64,000 bases of DNA from Eledone cirrhosa (lineage: Eukaryota): NCBI GenBank assembly GCA_964016885.1, contig OZ024741.1, positions 412,610,001-412,674,000 on the forward strand, written 5' to 3'. The notes under the pieces are model-generated. The model was given only the letters and a program-made list of their open reading frames with translations. It made no database searches and had not been told where the DNA came from. This document shows positions 49,353-63,399 of the stretch, in pieces (the first letter of the stretch is position 1; the number at the start of each line of letters is the position of its first letter). The position numbers and the translations under genes were made by a program.

Positions 49353-49822
49353 TGCCTCCTTAACCTCTGTATTAACTTGCCTATTATATTGCTACTTTGT
49401 TAATGTTGTCTTATGCATGTATGTTATTGATGATGAGAAAGCTAGACAAACCTTTCATCTAATATAGACCACACAAATATTACTATCCTCACTACAGTGA
49501 TAAATTCTTCTTCTGTCAGATAATAAATGATTCTTACGGCCACCAGACCTACATTGTTTAAAGCCACCGGCTTATCTTTACACTATATATAATACACCCC
49601 ATGACAGCTTTTACATGTCAATTTTATACATCTGCCTCATGTCAGCTAGTTTTACACGCTAAAATCGTAGATATACTATACTTCCCACCTAGATTGATGT
49701 TGTGATTATTTCAAATAATTTATTGCTTAGTATTGTTGTTAGTATTGTTGTTATTGTTCCGATTGAATGCCATTACTAGTATATATAGTAGCCATGCCTG
49801 TATATTCCTTTCATTCTCACAA

Positions 49823-49928
49823 GCTCCGATGAATTGACTGGTTATAACTTTGTATTGGTGATCGAATAACGTGAAAACAAGCGGGTAGCGGTCTCTAGAC
49901 CTACCAGTTCAGAGAAACAATTGTCAGC
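49823..49928 (+). ncRNA. Variant hammerhead motif (CCGATGA core, long stem II)
   Basis: gct-CCGATGA-at-tgactggt...accagttca-ga-GAAA-caattg-TC-agc. Confidence 0.55.
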
Positions 49929-50007
49929 AATGAGATTAAAAACCTTTTTTGTATATAAAACAGTGTCACTCGTCTTTCCTGATTTTTATATATATATATA
50001 TATATAT

Positions 50008-51653
50008 GGAAGAGGCACCGCTGATGCCCTCTTCCTTGTGAGGCAGTTACAAGAAAAGTACCTAGCTAAAAGTAAGCCACTCTACCTGGCATTCGTCGAT
50101 CTCGAGAAAGCCTTTTACAGAGTTCCACGTGCTGTAATCTGGTGGGCTCTTAGAAAACTAGGAGTAGAAGAATGGCTTGTGAAAGCTGTACAAGCCATGT
50201 ATAGGGGAGCAGTCAGCAACGTTAGGATTAGCAATGAGTATAGCGAGGAATTTAGCGTACAGGTTGGTGTCCACCAGGGCTCTGTTCTTAGCCCTCTCCT
50301 GTTCATCATAATCCTGCAGGCAATAACGGAGGAGTTTAAGACCGGATGCCCATGGGAAGTCCTGTATGCTGATGACCTCGCACTTATAGCTGAATCTATG
50401 GTAGAACTAGAGAAGAAATTCCAAACTTGGAAGCAGGGACTAGAAAGAAAAGGTCTCAAAGTCAACATGTCAAAGACTAAGGCCCTTGTAAGTAGACGAG
50501 AAAACAGAACCCAGATCCCCTCAGGGAAATGGCCTTGCTCAGTATGTAGGAAAGGTGTAGGTAGGAACTCCATTCTCTGCCCCAAATGCAAACAATGGGT
50601 ACACAAGAGATGTAGCGGGATCTTAGGAAGCTTAATTTAGAATGTAGGCTTCATATGCAGCAGCTGTGATGGGACAGCAAGCAGCAAACAGCCACAGGAA
50701 ACAAGTACCACCAATCTCTGGGAGGGCTCTGAAGAAACAGTAGACAGCTTCTGCTACCTAGGTGACCGAATTAGCAGCGGAGGTGGGTGTTCAGAAAGTA
50801 CAATAACTAGGGTAAAAACGGGATGGAAGAATTCAGGGAACTACTGCCACTGCTAGCTTCAAAAGGCTTCTCCCTCAAAATGAAAGGCAGACTGTATGAT
50901 GCGTGTATACGAACAGCAATGTTACATGGTAGTGAGACCTGGGCGCTGAAGGTGGAAGACTTACGTAGATTAGAAAGAAACGAAGCCTGCATACTCCGAT
51001 GGATGTGTAATAGTAATATACGCGAACGACAAAGCATAAATGAATAAGAGAGAGACTGAGCATAAGAGGAATCAAATGCTGTGTGCAGGAGAGGCGGTTG
51101 CGTTGGTATGGACATGTGATGCGTATGAAGGATGACAGCTGCATAAAAAGGTGCAGAGCACTAGAAGTCGATGGAAACCGCGGAGTGGGGAGACCCAAGA
51201 AGACCTGGGATGAGGTGATAAAAGCCGACCTTACCCAATTACACCTCTCAAAGGCGATGACACACGACCGTGACCTCTAGTGTCACGCAGTAATACAGAA
51301 GACTCGACCCCTCCCCCCCACGGGTACAAGCCGAAGCTGAAGCATATAGATAATATTCCCCACACCCTCCCACTGCAGAGTGGTCGTGGAGGTGCCACGG
51401 CAAAAGAGCACCCAGCCCACACTGTAAAGAGGACGTGTAGGCGCCACAGAAAAAAAAGGACCAAGCACTCACTGTAAATGAGGTTGGTGTTAGGAAGGGC
51501 ATCCAGCTGTAGAAATCAAGCCAAAATCAGTTCCTGTATGAGCAAGGCATGGTCAGCCGACCAGACACTGCCCACAACAGGACAACCCGTCTAACCCATG
51601 CTAGCATGGAAGAACGGACGTAAAACGGTAATGATGATGATGATGATGATGAT
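50008..51653 (+). pseudogene. RTE-clade LINE 3' portion with 3' UTR and (GAT)n tail
   Basis: FVDLEKAF, GVHQGSVLSP, LYADDL, RRLRWYGH, then gttaggaagggcatcc...catgctagcatgg..(gat)n. Confidence 0.9.
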
Positions 51654-52505
51654 AAATTTATATATTCCTGCTCTGTAAAACTCCTGATGTTCTTACATTG
51701 AGCTATTTCCCTTACTGGTAATAATGTAGTAATAAATTACTGACCTTTCCTGTTTATAGTATATACATAACTATAAATAATATCAATTGGCAGTATCGGT
51801 AGAAGGTCAGACGCCATGCTTTCCAGCATAGTTACGTCCCTTTGCGGTCTGAGTTCAAATCCCGCCGAGGTTAACTTTGCCTTTCATCCTTAAGGGGTCG
51901 ATAAAATAAAGTACCAGTAATGTACTGGGTAATTGATGGCCTTGTGCCAAAAGTAGAAACAATTATTATTATATATATATGTATGTATGTTATAAAGTGA
52001 AATGACAGGGGGTCAAATATGTTGAATTTCTTTAATTTTTTATTTCTGAAAACACTATGCACATGGCCAGGTTGCGTAAGAACCCGGTGACCTCATCAGG
52101 TGTAAATTGCGTAATAGAAGTATACCAACGGATGATGGTAAACTTTAAGGAAACAAACAAAGAAAAGACAGAGAGGAAAAGGTTAGTGTTTATGTTTTTG
52201 ACCCAGAGACGGACGAAGTAGCATGCTGCCCCACCTGACAAGGGAGCAAGGTATATAACTGTTTCTGAAGAAGACGGTTTGATCGAACCTATATATGAAG
52301 TCTGATACTATACCGTTATATAATTGCTATAGATCAGTCAATATATCAATATGATTAACCCTCTGAAATTATCGTAAAACAATGAATAGGTAAAATAACT
52401 TGACTTTTTATTGTTTTCATTATTAAATTAATATCTAATATATGAATAACTTGAACCGTTAAGATCTTCTTCCTGGATATGTCAATATTTATAAAACAAA
52501 CTTTG

Positions 52506-52566
52506 TATTTTATCTGATGAGAGCATATCAAATTTTGGGTACCCTTGAAATATATATAATAGAATA
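52506..52566 (+). ncRNA. Type I hammerhead motif (same family as 2920-2984)
   Basis: tattttat-CTGATGA-..-GAAA-tatata-TA-atagaata. Confidence 0.65.
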
Positions 52567-52706
52567 AATATGGTTTTATAAATAAATATATTTCCCATTT
52601 ATTCAATATCATTGATATTATACTCCAGAAAACTTGTCGAGTGCTTCAAATCAGTTATAAACATATATATTTGTTGAATTACCAACAAATTAAATATCCC
52701 TTTTGC

Positions 52707-52770
<64 letters not shown>

Positions 52771-52786
52771 TTACAAACACACAAGC

Positions 52787-54216
52787 CAGTCAGCAAAGTT
52801 AGAATTAGCAATGAGTATAGCGAGGAATTTAGCATACAGGTTGGTGTCCACCAGGGCTCTGTTCTTAGCCCTCTCCTGTTCATCATAGTCCTTCAGGCAA
52901 TAACGGAGGAGTTTAAGACCGGATGCCCATGGGAACTCCTGTATGCAGATGACCTCGCACTTATAGCTGAATCTATGGTAGAACTAGAGAAGAAATTCCA
53001 AACTTGGAAGCAGGGACTAGAAAGAAAGGGTCTCAAAGTCAACCTGACAAAGACTAAGGTCCTTGTAAGTAGACTAGAAAACAGAATCCAGATCCCCTCA
53101 GGGAAATGGCCTTGCTCAGTATGTAGGAAAGGTGTAGGTAGGAACTTCATTCTCTGCCCCAAATGCAAACAATGGGTACACAAGAGATGTAGCGGGATCT
53201 CAGGAAGCTTAATTAAGAATGTAGGCTTCACATGTAGCAGCTGTGCTGGGACAGCAAGCAGCAAACAGCCACAGGAAACAAGTACCACCAATCTCTGGGA
53301 GGGCTCTGTAGAAACAGTAGACAGCTTCTGCTACCTAGGTGACCGAATTAGCAGCGGAGGTGGGTGTTCAGAAAGTGCAATAACTAGGGTAAGAACGGGA
53401 TGGATAAGTTCAGGGAACTACTGCCACTGCTAGCTGCAAAAGGCTTTTCCCTCAGAATGAAATGCAGACTGTATGATGCGTGTATATGAACAACAATGTT
53501 ACATGGTAGTGAGACCTGAGCGCTGAAGGTAGAAGACTTACGTAGATTAGAAAGAAACAAAGCCTGCATGCTCCGATGGATGTGTAATAGTAATATACGC
53601 GAACGGCAAAGCATAAATGAATTGAGAGAGAAACTGAGCATAAGAGGAATCAAATGCTGTGTGCAGGAGAGGCGGTTGCGTTGGTATGGACATGTGATGC
53701 GTATGAAGGATGACAGCTGCATAAAAAGGTGCAGAGCACTAGAAGTCAATGGAAACCGTGGAGTGGGGAGACCGAAGAAGACCTGGGATGAGGTGATAAA
53801 AGCCGACCTTACCCAATTAAACCTCTCAAAGGCAATGACACACGACCGTGACCTCTGGCGTCACGCAGTAATACAGAGTACCCGACCTCCCATGGGTACA
53901 AGCTGAAGCATATAGACAATATGTCTCCGCACCCTCCCAGTGCAAAGTGGTCGTGGAGGTGCAACGGCAAAAAAAGCACCCAGCCCACACTGTAAAGTGG
54001 ACGTGTAGGCGCCACTGGAAAAAAGCATCCAGCACTCACTGTAAATGAAGTTGGTGTTAGGAAGGGCATCCAGCTGTAGAAATCAAGCCAAAATCAGTTC
54101 CTGTATGAGCAAGGCATGGTCAGCTGACCATACACTGCCCACAACAGGACAACCCGTCTAACCCATGCTAGCATGGAAGAACGGACGTATAACGGTGATG
54201 ATGATGATGATGATGA
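52787..54216 (+). pseudogene. RTE-clade LINE 3' portion (sister of 50008-51653)
   Basis: Near-identical RT C-terminus, 3' UTR and (GAT)n tail. Confidence 0.9.
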
Positions 54217-54329
54217 CAACTCACATATATATATATATCGCAGAAACGGTAGTGTGCTGGATAAAATGTTTCCTTCTAACCCATGCTAGGATGGAAAAAT
54301 GGATCTTAAATGATGATGATGATGATATA

Positions 54330-54380
<51 letters not shown>

Positions 54381-54414
54381 GAGTGATGGATATATATATA
54401 TATATACATATAAG

Positions 54415-57070
54415 TGGTGGATAGCTTCTGGTACCTAGGAGATCAGATTAGCATGGGAGGAGGGTGTTCCGAGGCCATAGTATCTAGATTAAGGACGGGT
54501 TGGAAGAAGTTTAGGGATCTGCTTCCTCTGCTGACGAAGAAGGGTTTCTCCCTGCGTACGAAAGGCCGGTTTTATGATGCCTGTGTGAGGAGCGCGATGC
54601 TGCATGGTAGTGAGACATGGGCAGCAACTGCAGAGGATATGCGACGGCTGGAGAGAAATGAGGCAAGCATGCTCCGTTGGATGTGCAGTGTAAATGTGTG
54701 TGAACGACCCAGCATGAATGTGTTGAGAGAGAAACTGTGTCTGAGAGGGATCGAATGTAGTGTACGGGAGAGGAGACTGAGGTGGTATGGACATGTGATG
54801 CGCATGGAGGATGACCGATGGGTGAAGAAGTGCCAAGAAATGCCAGTTGAAGGAAGATGTGGTAGAGGTAAACCACGAAAAACATGGGCGGAGGTGGTGA
54901 GAACAGACCTCAGATCATTGAAGCTCACAGTGGAGATGACGAAGGACCGTGACGAGTGGAGAGATGCTGTGCTGAATAAGACCTGTCCCACCCTTGCGAG
55001 CAGGGAAGAGCGGACGTAAAATGAAGATGATGATGGAACAATAAGGTAGATGAGGCAGTTAAGGCCAAGAGACAGGCATGGAAAGAATGGAAGAACAGGG
55101 GAAGCAGGGTACATTGCATAGAGATCAGGAGGGAAGCTAGGCGACAAGTATACTTAGCTAGGAGGGAAGCAGAGGATAGAAAATTCAAGCATGTTTTGCA
55201 ACGTGAGGACCAGAAACAGGAGGTGTTCAAGATTGTGAGGCAGCGTGTCAGAGAGAATTGTGATGTCATTGGAGGGAAATGTATCCGGAATGATAAAGGT
55301 GAGCTTGCCCTCACAAGTGCTGAGAAGAAAGATGCATGGAAGAGCCATTATGATAGATTACTAAATGAGGAGAATGCATGGGAAGAAGAGACCCTACCTC
55401 AAGTAGACCCTATAGAGGGACCGGCAGTACAAGTCAGCAACAGCGTAGTAAGTAAGGCAATCAAATATATGAAGATGGGGAAGGCAACCGGTCCATCGGG
55501 TATAGCTGCTGAGATGCTGAAAGCATCTGGGTCGGTAGGTCACACTATAACCACACGTATTGTTAACCAGGTAATACTAGAAGGTGTCATACCAAAGGAT
55601 TGGTGCAGTAGCATCATTGTGAACTGCTACAAAGGTAAAGGTGATGCACTAGATAGAGGAAACTATAGAGGTATAAAGCCGATGGATAAGGTGATAAAAG
55701 TAACAGAAAGAATTATAGCACAATTGATTAGGGACCGGGTGAAACTAGATGAGATGCAATTTGGGTTTGTGCCAGGAAGAGGCACCACTGATGCCCTCTT
55801 CCTTGTGAGGAAGTTACAGGAAAAGTACATTGCTAACAGTAAGCCACTCTACCTGGCAATCGTCGATCTTGAGAAAGAGTTCCCCGTGCTATAATCTGGT
55901 GGGCTCTTAGAAAACTAGGAGTAGATGAATGGGTTATGAAAGCTGTACAAGCCATGTATAGGGGAGCAGTCAGCAAAGTTAGGATTAGCAATGAGTATAG
56001 TGATGAATTTAGCGTGCAGGTCTGTGTCAACCAGGGCTCTGTTCTTAGCCTCCTCCTGTTCATCATAGTCCTGCAGGCAATAACGGAGGAGTTTAAGACC
56101 GGATGCCCATGGAAACTCCTGTATGCAGATGACCTCGCACTTATAGCTGAATCTATGGTAGAACTAGAGAAGAAATTCCAAACTTGGAAGCAGGGACTAG
56201 AAAGAAAGGGTCTCAAAGTCAACATGACAAAGACTAAGGTCCTTGTAAGTAGACGAGAAAACAGAACCCAGATCCCCTCAGGGAAATGGCCTTGCTCAGT
56301 ATGTAGGAAAGGTGTAGGTAGGAACTCCATTCTCTGCCCCAAATGCAAACAATGGGTACACAAGAGATGTAGCGGGATCTCAGGAAGCTTAATTAAGAAT
56401 GTAGGCTTCACATGTAGCAGCTGTGCTGGGACAGCAAGCAGCAAACAGCCACAGGAAACAAGTACCACCAATCTCTGGGAGGGCTCTGTAGAAACAGTAG
56501 ACAGCTTCTGCTACCTAGGTGACCGAATTAGCAGCAGAGGTGGGTGTTCGGAAAGTACAATAACTAGGGTAAGAATGGGATGGAAGAAGTTCAGGGAGCT
56601 ACTGCCACTGCTAGCTGCAAAAGGCTTTTCCCTCAAAATGAAATGCAGACTGTATGATGCGTGTATACGAACAGCAATGTTACATGGTAGTGAGACCTGG
56701 GCGACGAAGGTGGAAGACTTACATAGATTAGAAAGAAACGAACCCTGCATGCTCTGATGGATGTGTAATAGTAATATACGCAAACGGCAAAGCATAAATG
56801 AATTGAGAGAGAAACTGAGCATAAGAGGAATCAAATGCTGTGTGCAGGAGAGGTGGTTGCGTTGGTATGGACATGTGATACGTATGAAGGATGGCAGCTG
56901 CATAAAAAGGTGCAGAGCACTAGAAGTCGATGGAAACCGCAGAGTGGGGAGACTCAAGAAGATCTGGGATGAGGTGATAAAAGCCGACCTTACCCAATTA
57001 CACCTCTCAAAGGCGATGACACACGACCGTGACCTCTGGCGTCACGCAGTAATACAGAAGACCCGACCAA
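54415..57070 (+). pseudogene. Two consecutive RTE-clade LINE fragments (54415-55035; about 55040-57070)
   Basis: The first encodes LHGSETW...RRLRWYGH and ends in (GAT)n. The second runs from the linker through the RT to the C-terminus. Confidence 0.9.
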
Positions 57071-57146
57071 CAAAGCTGAAGACTAGGTGTTTGGCATCTG
57101 GAATGGAAAACAGAAAAATTAGAATAGTGAGCAAAAGGATAAGAAT

Positions 57147-57208
<62 letters not shown>

Positions 57209-57281
57209 ATAGTGATGGTGGTGGTGGTGGTGGTTCTGCTGCTGGTGTTGGTGGCACCGCCGCTGATGCAGCAACAGCAGC

Positions 57282-57343
<62 letters not shown>

Positions 57344-57518
57344 CAGGAGCAGCAACAGTAGTATTGGTATGTTTCTATGACTATGTAGAAAAGATTGCAT
57401 CAAAGAGCTGCAAAGAAGCATCAGTGAAGTGAAAACAAGACCCCCCGGAGATGGCGATGAAAATATATTAGTGAGTGTTCAGACTTGTTAAACACTGGTG
57501 ATTATCACCAGCTGTTTG

Positions 57519-57581
<63 letters not shown>

Positions 57582-57582
57582 C

Positions 57583-57629
<47 letters not shown>

Positions 57630-58728
57630 AAAGGTAAACAGAAATAACAACACAATCAGTTCAGTATAAAAGGAACGATTGACTTTCGTCAAATCGGACC
57701 GAGGAAACAATGTTTCCATTGATCTTTCCAATTGCTAATACTATCTATCGGTTGCAATTCCAGGTAGAAGGTGCAATGTGAAATAAAGTGTCTTACTCAA
57801 GGACATAATGCATCGCGCAGTCCGGGAACAGTATATGGAAGGAATATATTAGGTTAACACTTGAAAGAGCAGGAAGAGGGTCTTAATGTTTATACATATA
57901 TACCGGCGATGTATTTGTTTTGCAAAATTTTGATATAAATTTGTGTTGAAACATATATTGTTATATTTGGGGAGCTTTATGTTGTTCTAATATTGCCAGA
58001 AAAATATAATAAAACACTGTTTGGTTTGGTTTACACTTCAGTAAATTTTTATACTTCAATCAATAATATAACTGGCAATCAATGTTTATTATTGATAGAC
58101 CAACTGTTAAATATATAAGTATATTTTCTCAAAGTTCTTTCATCACACATCTGTGATAACTTCAGTGATGATTATCGCCGTTTCCTCCTATTGAGGCAAT
58201 ATTAGGACAACAGAACCCTCCCCAAATATAACCTATATAACAATATATACATATATCATCATCATCATCATCATCATTTTACGTCCACTTTTCCCTGCTT
58301 GAAAGGGTGGGACGGGAACTGATTCTGGCTTGATTTCTACAGCTGGATGCCCTTCCTAACACCAACCTCATTTACAGTGAGTGGTGGGTGCTTTTTTCCC
58401 GTGGCGCCTACACGTCCACTTTACAGTGTGGGCTGGGTGCTTTTTTGCCGTGGTACCTTCATGACCACTATCATCTCATTTCTACAGCTGAGTGAACTGG
58501 AGCAATGTGAAATAAAGTGTCTTGCTCAAGGAAACAACACATCACCCGGTCTGAGAATTGAACTCACAACCTTTTGATTGCAAGCCCAATGCTCTAACCA
58601 CTAAGCCATGTGCCTCCATATATTTGTATATATATATATATGTATGTGTGTGTGTGAGTCCCGGATTCAATTGGGGGTAACCACAGTAAGTAAGGTACTC
58701 AGTACATTAATAGATTGTAAATAACACA

Positions 58729-58802
58729 TTTAATATAGAAATGGCTTCTACAGGAATAGAATGAAACAGTTCTAATCCTGTAGAAGCCACTTCTATATCA
58801 AA
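58729..58802. repeat. Mini palindrome with a hammerhead 3' half (family of 45407-45457)
   Basis: atatagaaatggcttctacagga / tcctgtagaagccacttctatat; contains gaat-GAAA-cag-ttctaatc-ctg-TA-gaag. Confidence 0.75.
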
Positions 58803-59561
58803 TTTATTATATATATATATATCATCATCATCGTTTAACGTCTTCCACGCTAGCATGGGTTAGACAGATTTGTACCACTTGAAGTAAGTTGGGTCAGGTG
58901 ACCGTATCTCGCTCATATAGAACTGTTTCTGGCTGGTTTTCTATGGTTGGATACCCTTCCTAGTACCAACCACATTTACAGTACTTGCTGGGTGCTTTTT
59001 ACCACTACATGACCATTTTACAGTGTGGACTGGGTGCTTTTTGTTGTGACACCTATATGATCACTTTAGAGTGGGTTGGATGTTCTGTGGTACCAACATA
59101 ACTTTACAAAGAAAGGGTGGTGTGGGCGGAAGTGGGAGGATGGTGTAGGGGGTGGGGGCATATTAGGTTAAGAGGTGCCTACTGACTGTAGATTTAAGTT
59201 TATACGTAAGGGAAGGCGGATTTTCTGTATTACATGGTATACATACATATATGTAGAAGAGTTCACATTTTTATTTCTCACTTTCTCTCTTTCCCTCTTT
59301 GGTGATGTTGACTATATACATGTATGTAAACCATGTTATTTTATACTATATTCTTATTAATATACAACTTAACTCCATTATAAATGTTATTATACACTTC
59401 CGTAGCATGAAGAAGCCACATGGCTGAAACCTGTACAATAAATTTCTTTTTTTGTAAATAAATGTTTTGCGGTTATTCTATGAGAAAATCCCATTAGCAT
59501 TTTCTACTGTTTTTTTTCTTTTTTGCTATTATCTATCTATCTATCTACCTATCTATCTATC

Positions 59562-60360
59562 GGGACCTATGGACAACTTCCAGAAGTCCCTGGCCTGGCA
59601 GTGCTACCGAGGGGCTTTACCCGTTCGAGAAAGGCTCTACAGACACGGGCGCCCGGGTAAGGACCCCGCCAAAAAGATCTGTCCCAGATGCGTGTGCGAC
59701 GAGGAAACCGTTGCACACGCATTGGTACACTGCTCGGGCGTAGCCGATCTGTGGGGCTATGTCGAACAACTGCTGTCAAGGGTGGGACCGTTCCGGTTGA
59801 CCACCGAGTCTATTGTAATGATCAAGCCGCCTCCCCCCTTCAAAGATGAAGCAGAGGCGGTGTTTCTGTGCGTAATAGCCATGGCGAAAGAGGTTGTATG
59901 GTGGACGCGTCTGAAAGGACTGAGGTCAGGCACCTTTCTCTCTAGCCAACAACTGGTCCGTTTCTTCCGATATCATTTCGGAAGAAGGATCAGGATGGAG
60001 AGAGAGGTGCTGCACCCCAGTCGTTTTTATGAAAGGTGGGTGAAAGTGGCGAGAATGGCCCGTGTGAATGGGCCTTCTCTTTACATAAGCCTGTAGGTGG
60101 AAAAGAGGAAGGAACGAGGGAGCACCCCCTCTCTGTGCTCCTGAGGAAAAGGGTTGCACACTTTTTTCGGGGGTGTGTGCGACCCCCCAAGGCGCCTCCT
60201 CTCTATTGAGGATTTTGTTAAAAATTTTATTTTTTGTTATATCTTATTTTATTTTTATATTTTGTTATTGCCTCCTCCTTATTGAGGACGCCTTTTTGTG
60301 TAAACTCCCCCCTTTGTACTTGTCCCACTTTTGATGCCCTAGTGGCAAATAAAAGAAACA
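59562..60360 (+). mobile_element. Tx1/L1-clade LINE 3' fragment (zf-RVT) inserted in (TATC)n
   Basis: WQCYRGALPVRERL...CPRC..DEETVAHALVHC...W; AATAAA near 60349; (TATC)n on both sides. Confidence 0.8.
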
Positions 60361-60569
60361 TATCTATCTATCCACCACCATCACCATCATCATCATCATC
60401 GTTGTCGGCGAAAGTTAAAACAACTATGATGACCATGGGATTTACACCAAGAAAGTTCTCTGAGGTTTGTGGAAGACCAGCAGTCACCCATACCAACTCT
60501 CCTCTCCACACCACTGATGTTGTCCAAGGGAAGGCTGATACAACTTGCCACCAGTGATGTCACAACATA

Positions 60570-60775
60570 CACTATATATATATACACCCTATATACACAC
60601 TATATATACACCCTATACTCTCTATATACGCTATATATACACCCTATACTCTCTATATACGCTATATATACACCCTATACTCTATATATGCACTATATAT
60701 ACACCTTATACTCTATATACACACTATATATATATACACTATACACTATATACACACTATATATATACACTATAT
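60570..60775 (+). repeat. Degenerate TA/C-rich minisatellite between duplicated SINE-tail segments
   Basis: tatatatacaccctatactctc-type units; tccaaggg...ccagtgatgtcacaacata is repeated on both sides. Confidence 0.7.
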
Positions 60776-61129
60776 ATTTTATCCAAGGGAAAGGCAATGG
60801 CTGATACAGCTTGGCACCAGTGATGTCACAACATATATATACAGCTGAGGGAACTGGAGCAACATGAAATAAAGTGTCTTGCTCAAGGACACAACACATC
60901 ACCCGGGAATCGAACTCCCAACCTCACAATTGTGAATCTAACACTATTACCACTAAGCCATGTGCCTTCACAATGGATTTTTATGTATGTGTGCATGTGT
61001 GCTTGTGTGTATGCGTGTATGTGTGTGTGCATGTGTGTGTGTGTGTGTGAGTTTGTTTCCATGTGTGTGTGTGTGTGTATGTATATGTATATATATATGT
61101 GGCCTTCTAACTTTAAACGTTTATACATA

Positions 61130-62285
61130 TATAGATTGCATAAGTATCAAAGTATCACCTTAGACAAAAACACTAAAAATGTTAACTTCCTTGATGCTAC
61201 CTTTTACCTAGACTCTAAAATATATACACCCTTTCATAAACCTAACGAAACACTAATTTATGTGGATACCAAGTCTAACCACCCTAAATCCATATTAAAC
61301 CCAATCACTAAAGGAATATCTAATAGAATCTCTAATCTATCTTATAACAAAACCATATTTAACAATAATTCACAATACTATAATCAGGCACTAGCTAAAT
61401 CAGGCCATAAATATGAGATTGAATTCCTACCTATAAAATCACATAGTTTCAACATTATTTCTCACAATATGGCCATGAGGAAAAATAATAATAAGAATAA
61501 TAGCCACCCTTACTACGAAGGGTAGTATCAACTCTAATCCATAAATATGAATACAATAACACCAAGTTACAATGCATTACTATAACAAACATTCAATACA
61601 GATATAACTTAACATATGTAATGGATGTGAAATCTGTAACTCTCATATTCTACACACATACAAATTTGAACTCTACAGAAAATATCATCGCATTGAATCC
61701 TCCATAATACACTAACATATTCGCTTATAGTGGTTGTATTTTATGTAATACCTTTCCATACAGTACTCATATATGCATAATACATTTGCTTGTTCCATTC
61801 CTTTATATATGACTAACGCATGTACTATCTCTTTAATTATTAGACTATTCTCTTATATTATCTGTTGCATGTATTCCACTCTGTGCTTTTAATTTTAATT
61901 TTTAATTTTAATCTTAATTTTAATTATTGTACAATTCTCATATAATATATGTCGCATCCATTCCACCCTGTAAACATCAAACTGTTGTCCACAACATCAA
62001 TATATATGTATCTGTATGATTCTTCAGTTGAATAGGAGGTTAATTATATGTACAAACATTGATAATGCTCCGAGGACTCCAAGCTTAAGTTTGGAAGAAA
62101 CAATTGTCAACGATTAAATGTTTTAAACATAACTTTGATACTTGTGTATTCTATATTACTGCTCTGTAAAACAACTGATGTTCTTACATTGAGCTATTTC
62201 TCTTACTGGTAATAAGGTAGTAATAAATTACTGACCTTCCCTGTTTATAGTTATTTATAGTATAGTATATACATAACTATAGATA
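61130..62285 (+). mobile_element. Penelope-like remnant (RT C-terminus) with variant hammerhead at 62067-62111
   Basis: VNFLDATF...FHKPNETLIYVDTKSNHP..I...ISNRISNLS; then CCGAGGA-ctccaagc-ttaa-gtttggaa-GAAA-caattg-TC. The tail 62150-62280 recurs at 51660-51775. Confidence 0.7.
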
Positions 62286-62291
62286 GTATCT

Positions 62292-62332
<41 letters not shown>

Positions 62333-63399
62333 AAAAAAAGGAAAAGAATGACTTCACTTGTAGTGTTAAAAAATTTATGATTTAATGTTATAATATAATT
62401 GCTTCTATTTTTGGCACAAGACCAGCAATTACCCAGTACATTACTGGTACTTTATTTTATCGACCCCGTAAGGATGAAAGGCAAAGTTAACCTCAGTGGG
62501 ATTTGAACTCAGATCATAAAGGGACGTAAATCTATGCTTATAATATAATAAAACATTAAATCATATCCTTTCCTATCTCTTCTTCTTATAAATTCCTTAA
62601 TTCCTTAATTCTAGCGTATTTTCAAAACAAAACAAAATCCTTTTCCTTCTTTCGAAAACTCTAAACTCCCGCTTCTACTAGCCCCCCCCCCCCCCACCCT
62701 CTACTTCACGAGGGTATGGCGATCAACCACCCCAATACCTACATCATGTCTCTCTCCCCCCCCTCTCTCTCTCTCTTAGCTATATATATATACATATAAG
62801 ATAGTAATCACTTTCGCCAAATTTCATTGCTGTTCCCTCCACGGTATATCATGTAACGTAATGTACATATTTTTCTATCATCTCCACCTCCACACTTCTA
62901 TTTCGTATCCAGTCCAAACATCCAATCTATTGCTAAAACAAATCTGCATTTTTTGTTATCATTAATTGTTAGATACAAGAGTTTTTGTCGTATTGAACAG
63001 AACAAATCTTGTATTTTTGTTAATCGCTTGTTAAATACAAGGACCTCATTCAATCATTACCTTCTAGCTAGCTACCCAACACCCCTCCCTCGTGCCCCCA
63101 CGCACCACCATTGTTATTACGTGGACCAATCATAAGCCAGAGCCCCCACGCATCACCATTATTATTATTACGCGGACCAATCATAAGCCAGAGGCCTATA
63201 CTATCGCTTGCCTGGTTGCCTTTCGATATATGATGGATGGATGGACTACGGAATCCTGGAGAGTGGAGGAGAGAGAAAAATCTGGACGCTCAGCGACAAA
63301 GCCAAAGATAAAGACAAATTCACCTCGTGGACGAGAATGCGAGCACTCCTCTTTGTTTCGACCGCGGACGGCTAACATAACCCCATCGCCCCCCGCCCC

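Noticed and set aside
52262-52300. Possible hammerhead (CTGAAGA...GAAC)
   Set aside because: GAAA and the stems are degenerate; not supportable on its own.
59408-59441. Possible hammerhead (ATGAAGA-agcc-acat-ggct-GAAA-cctg-TA)
   Set aside because: Stem II is good but the core C and stem I are missing; probably a decayed copy and not called.
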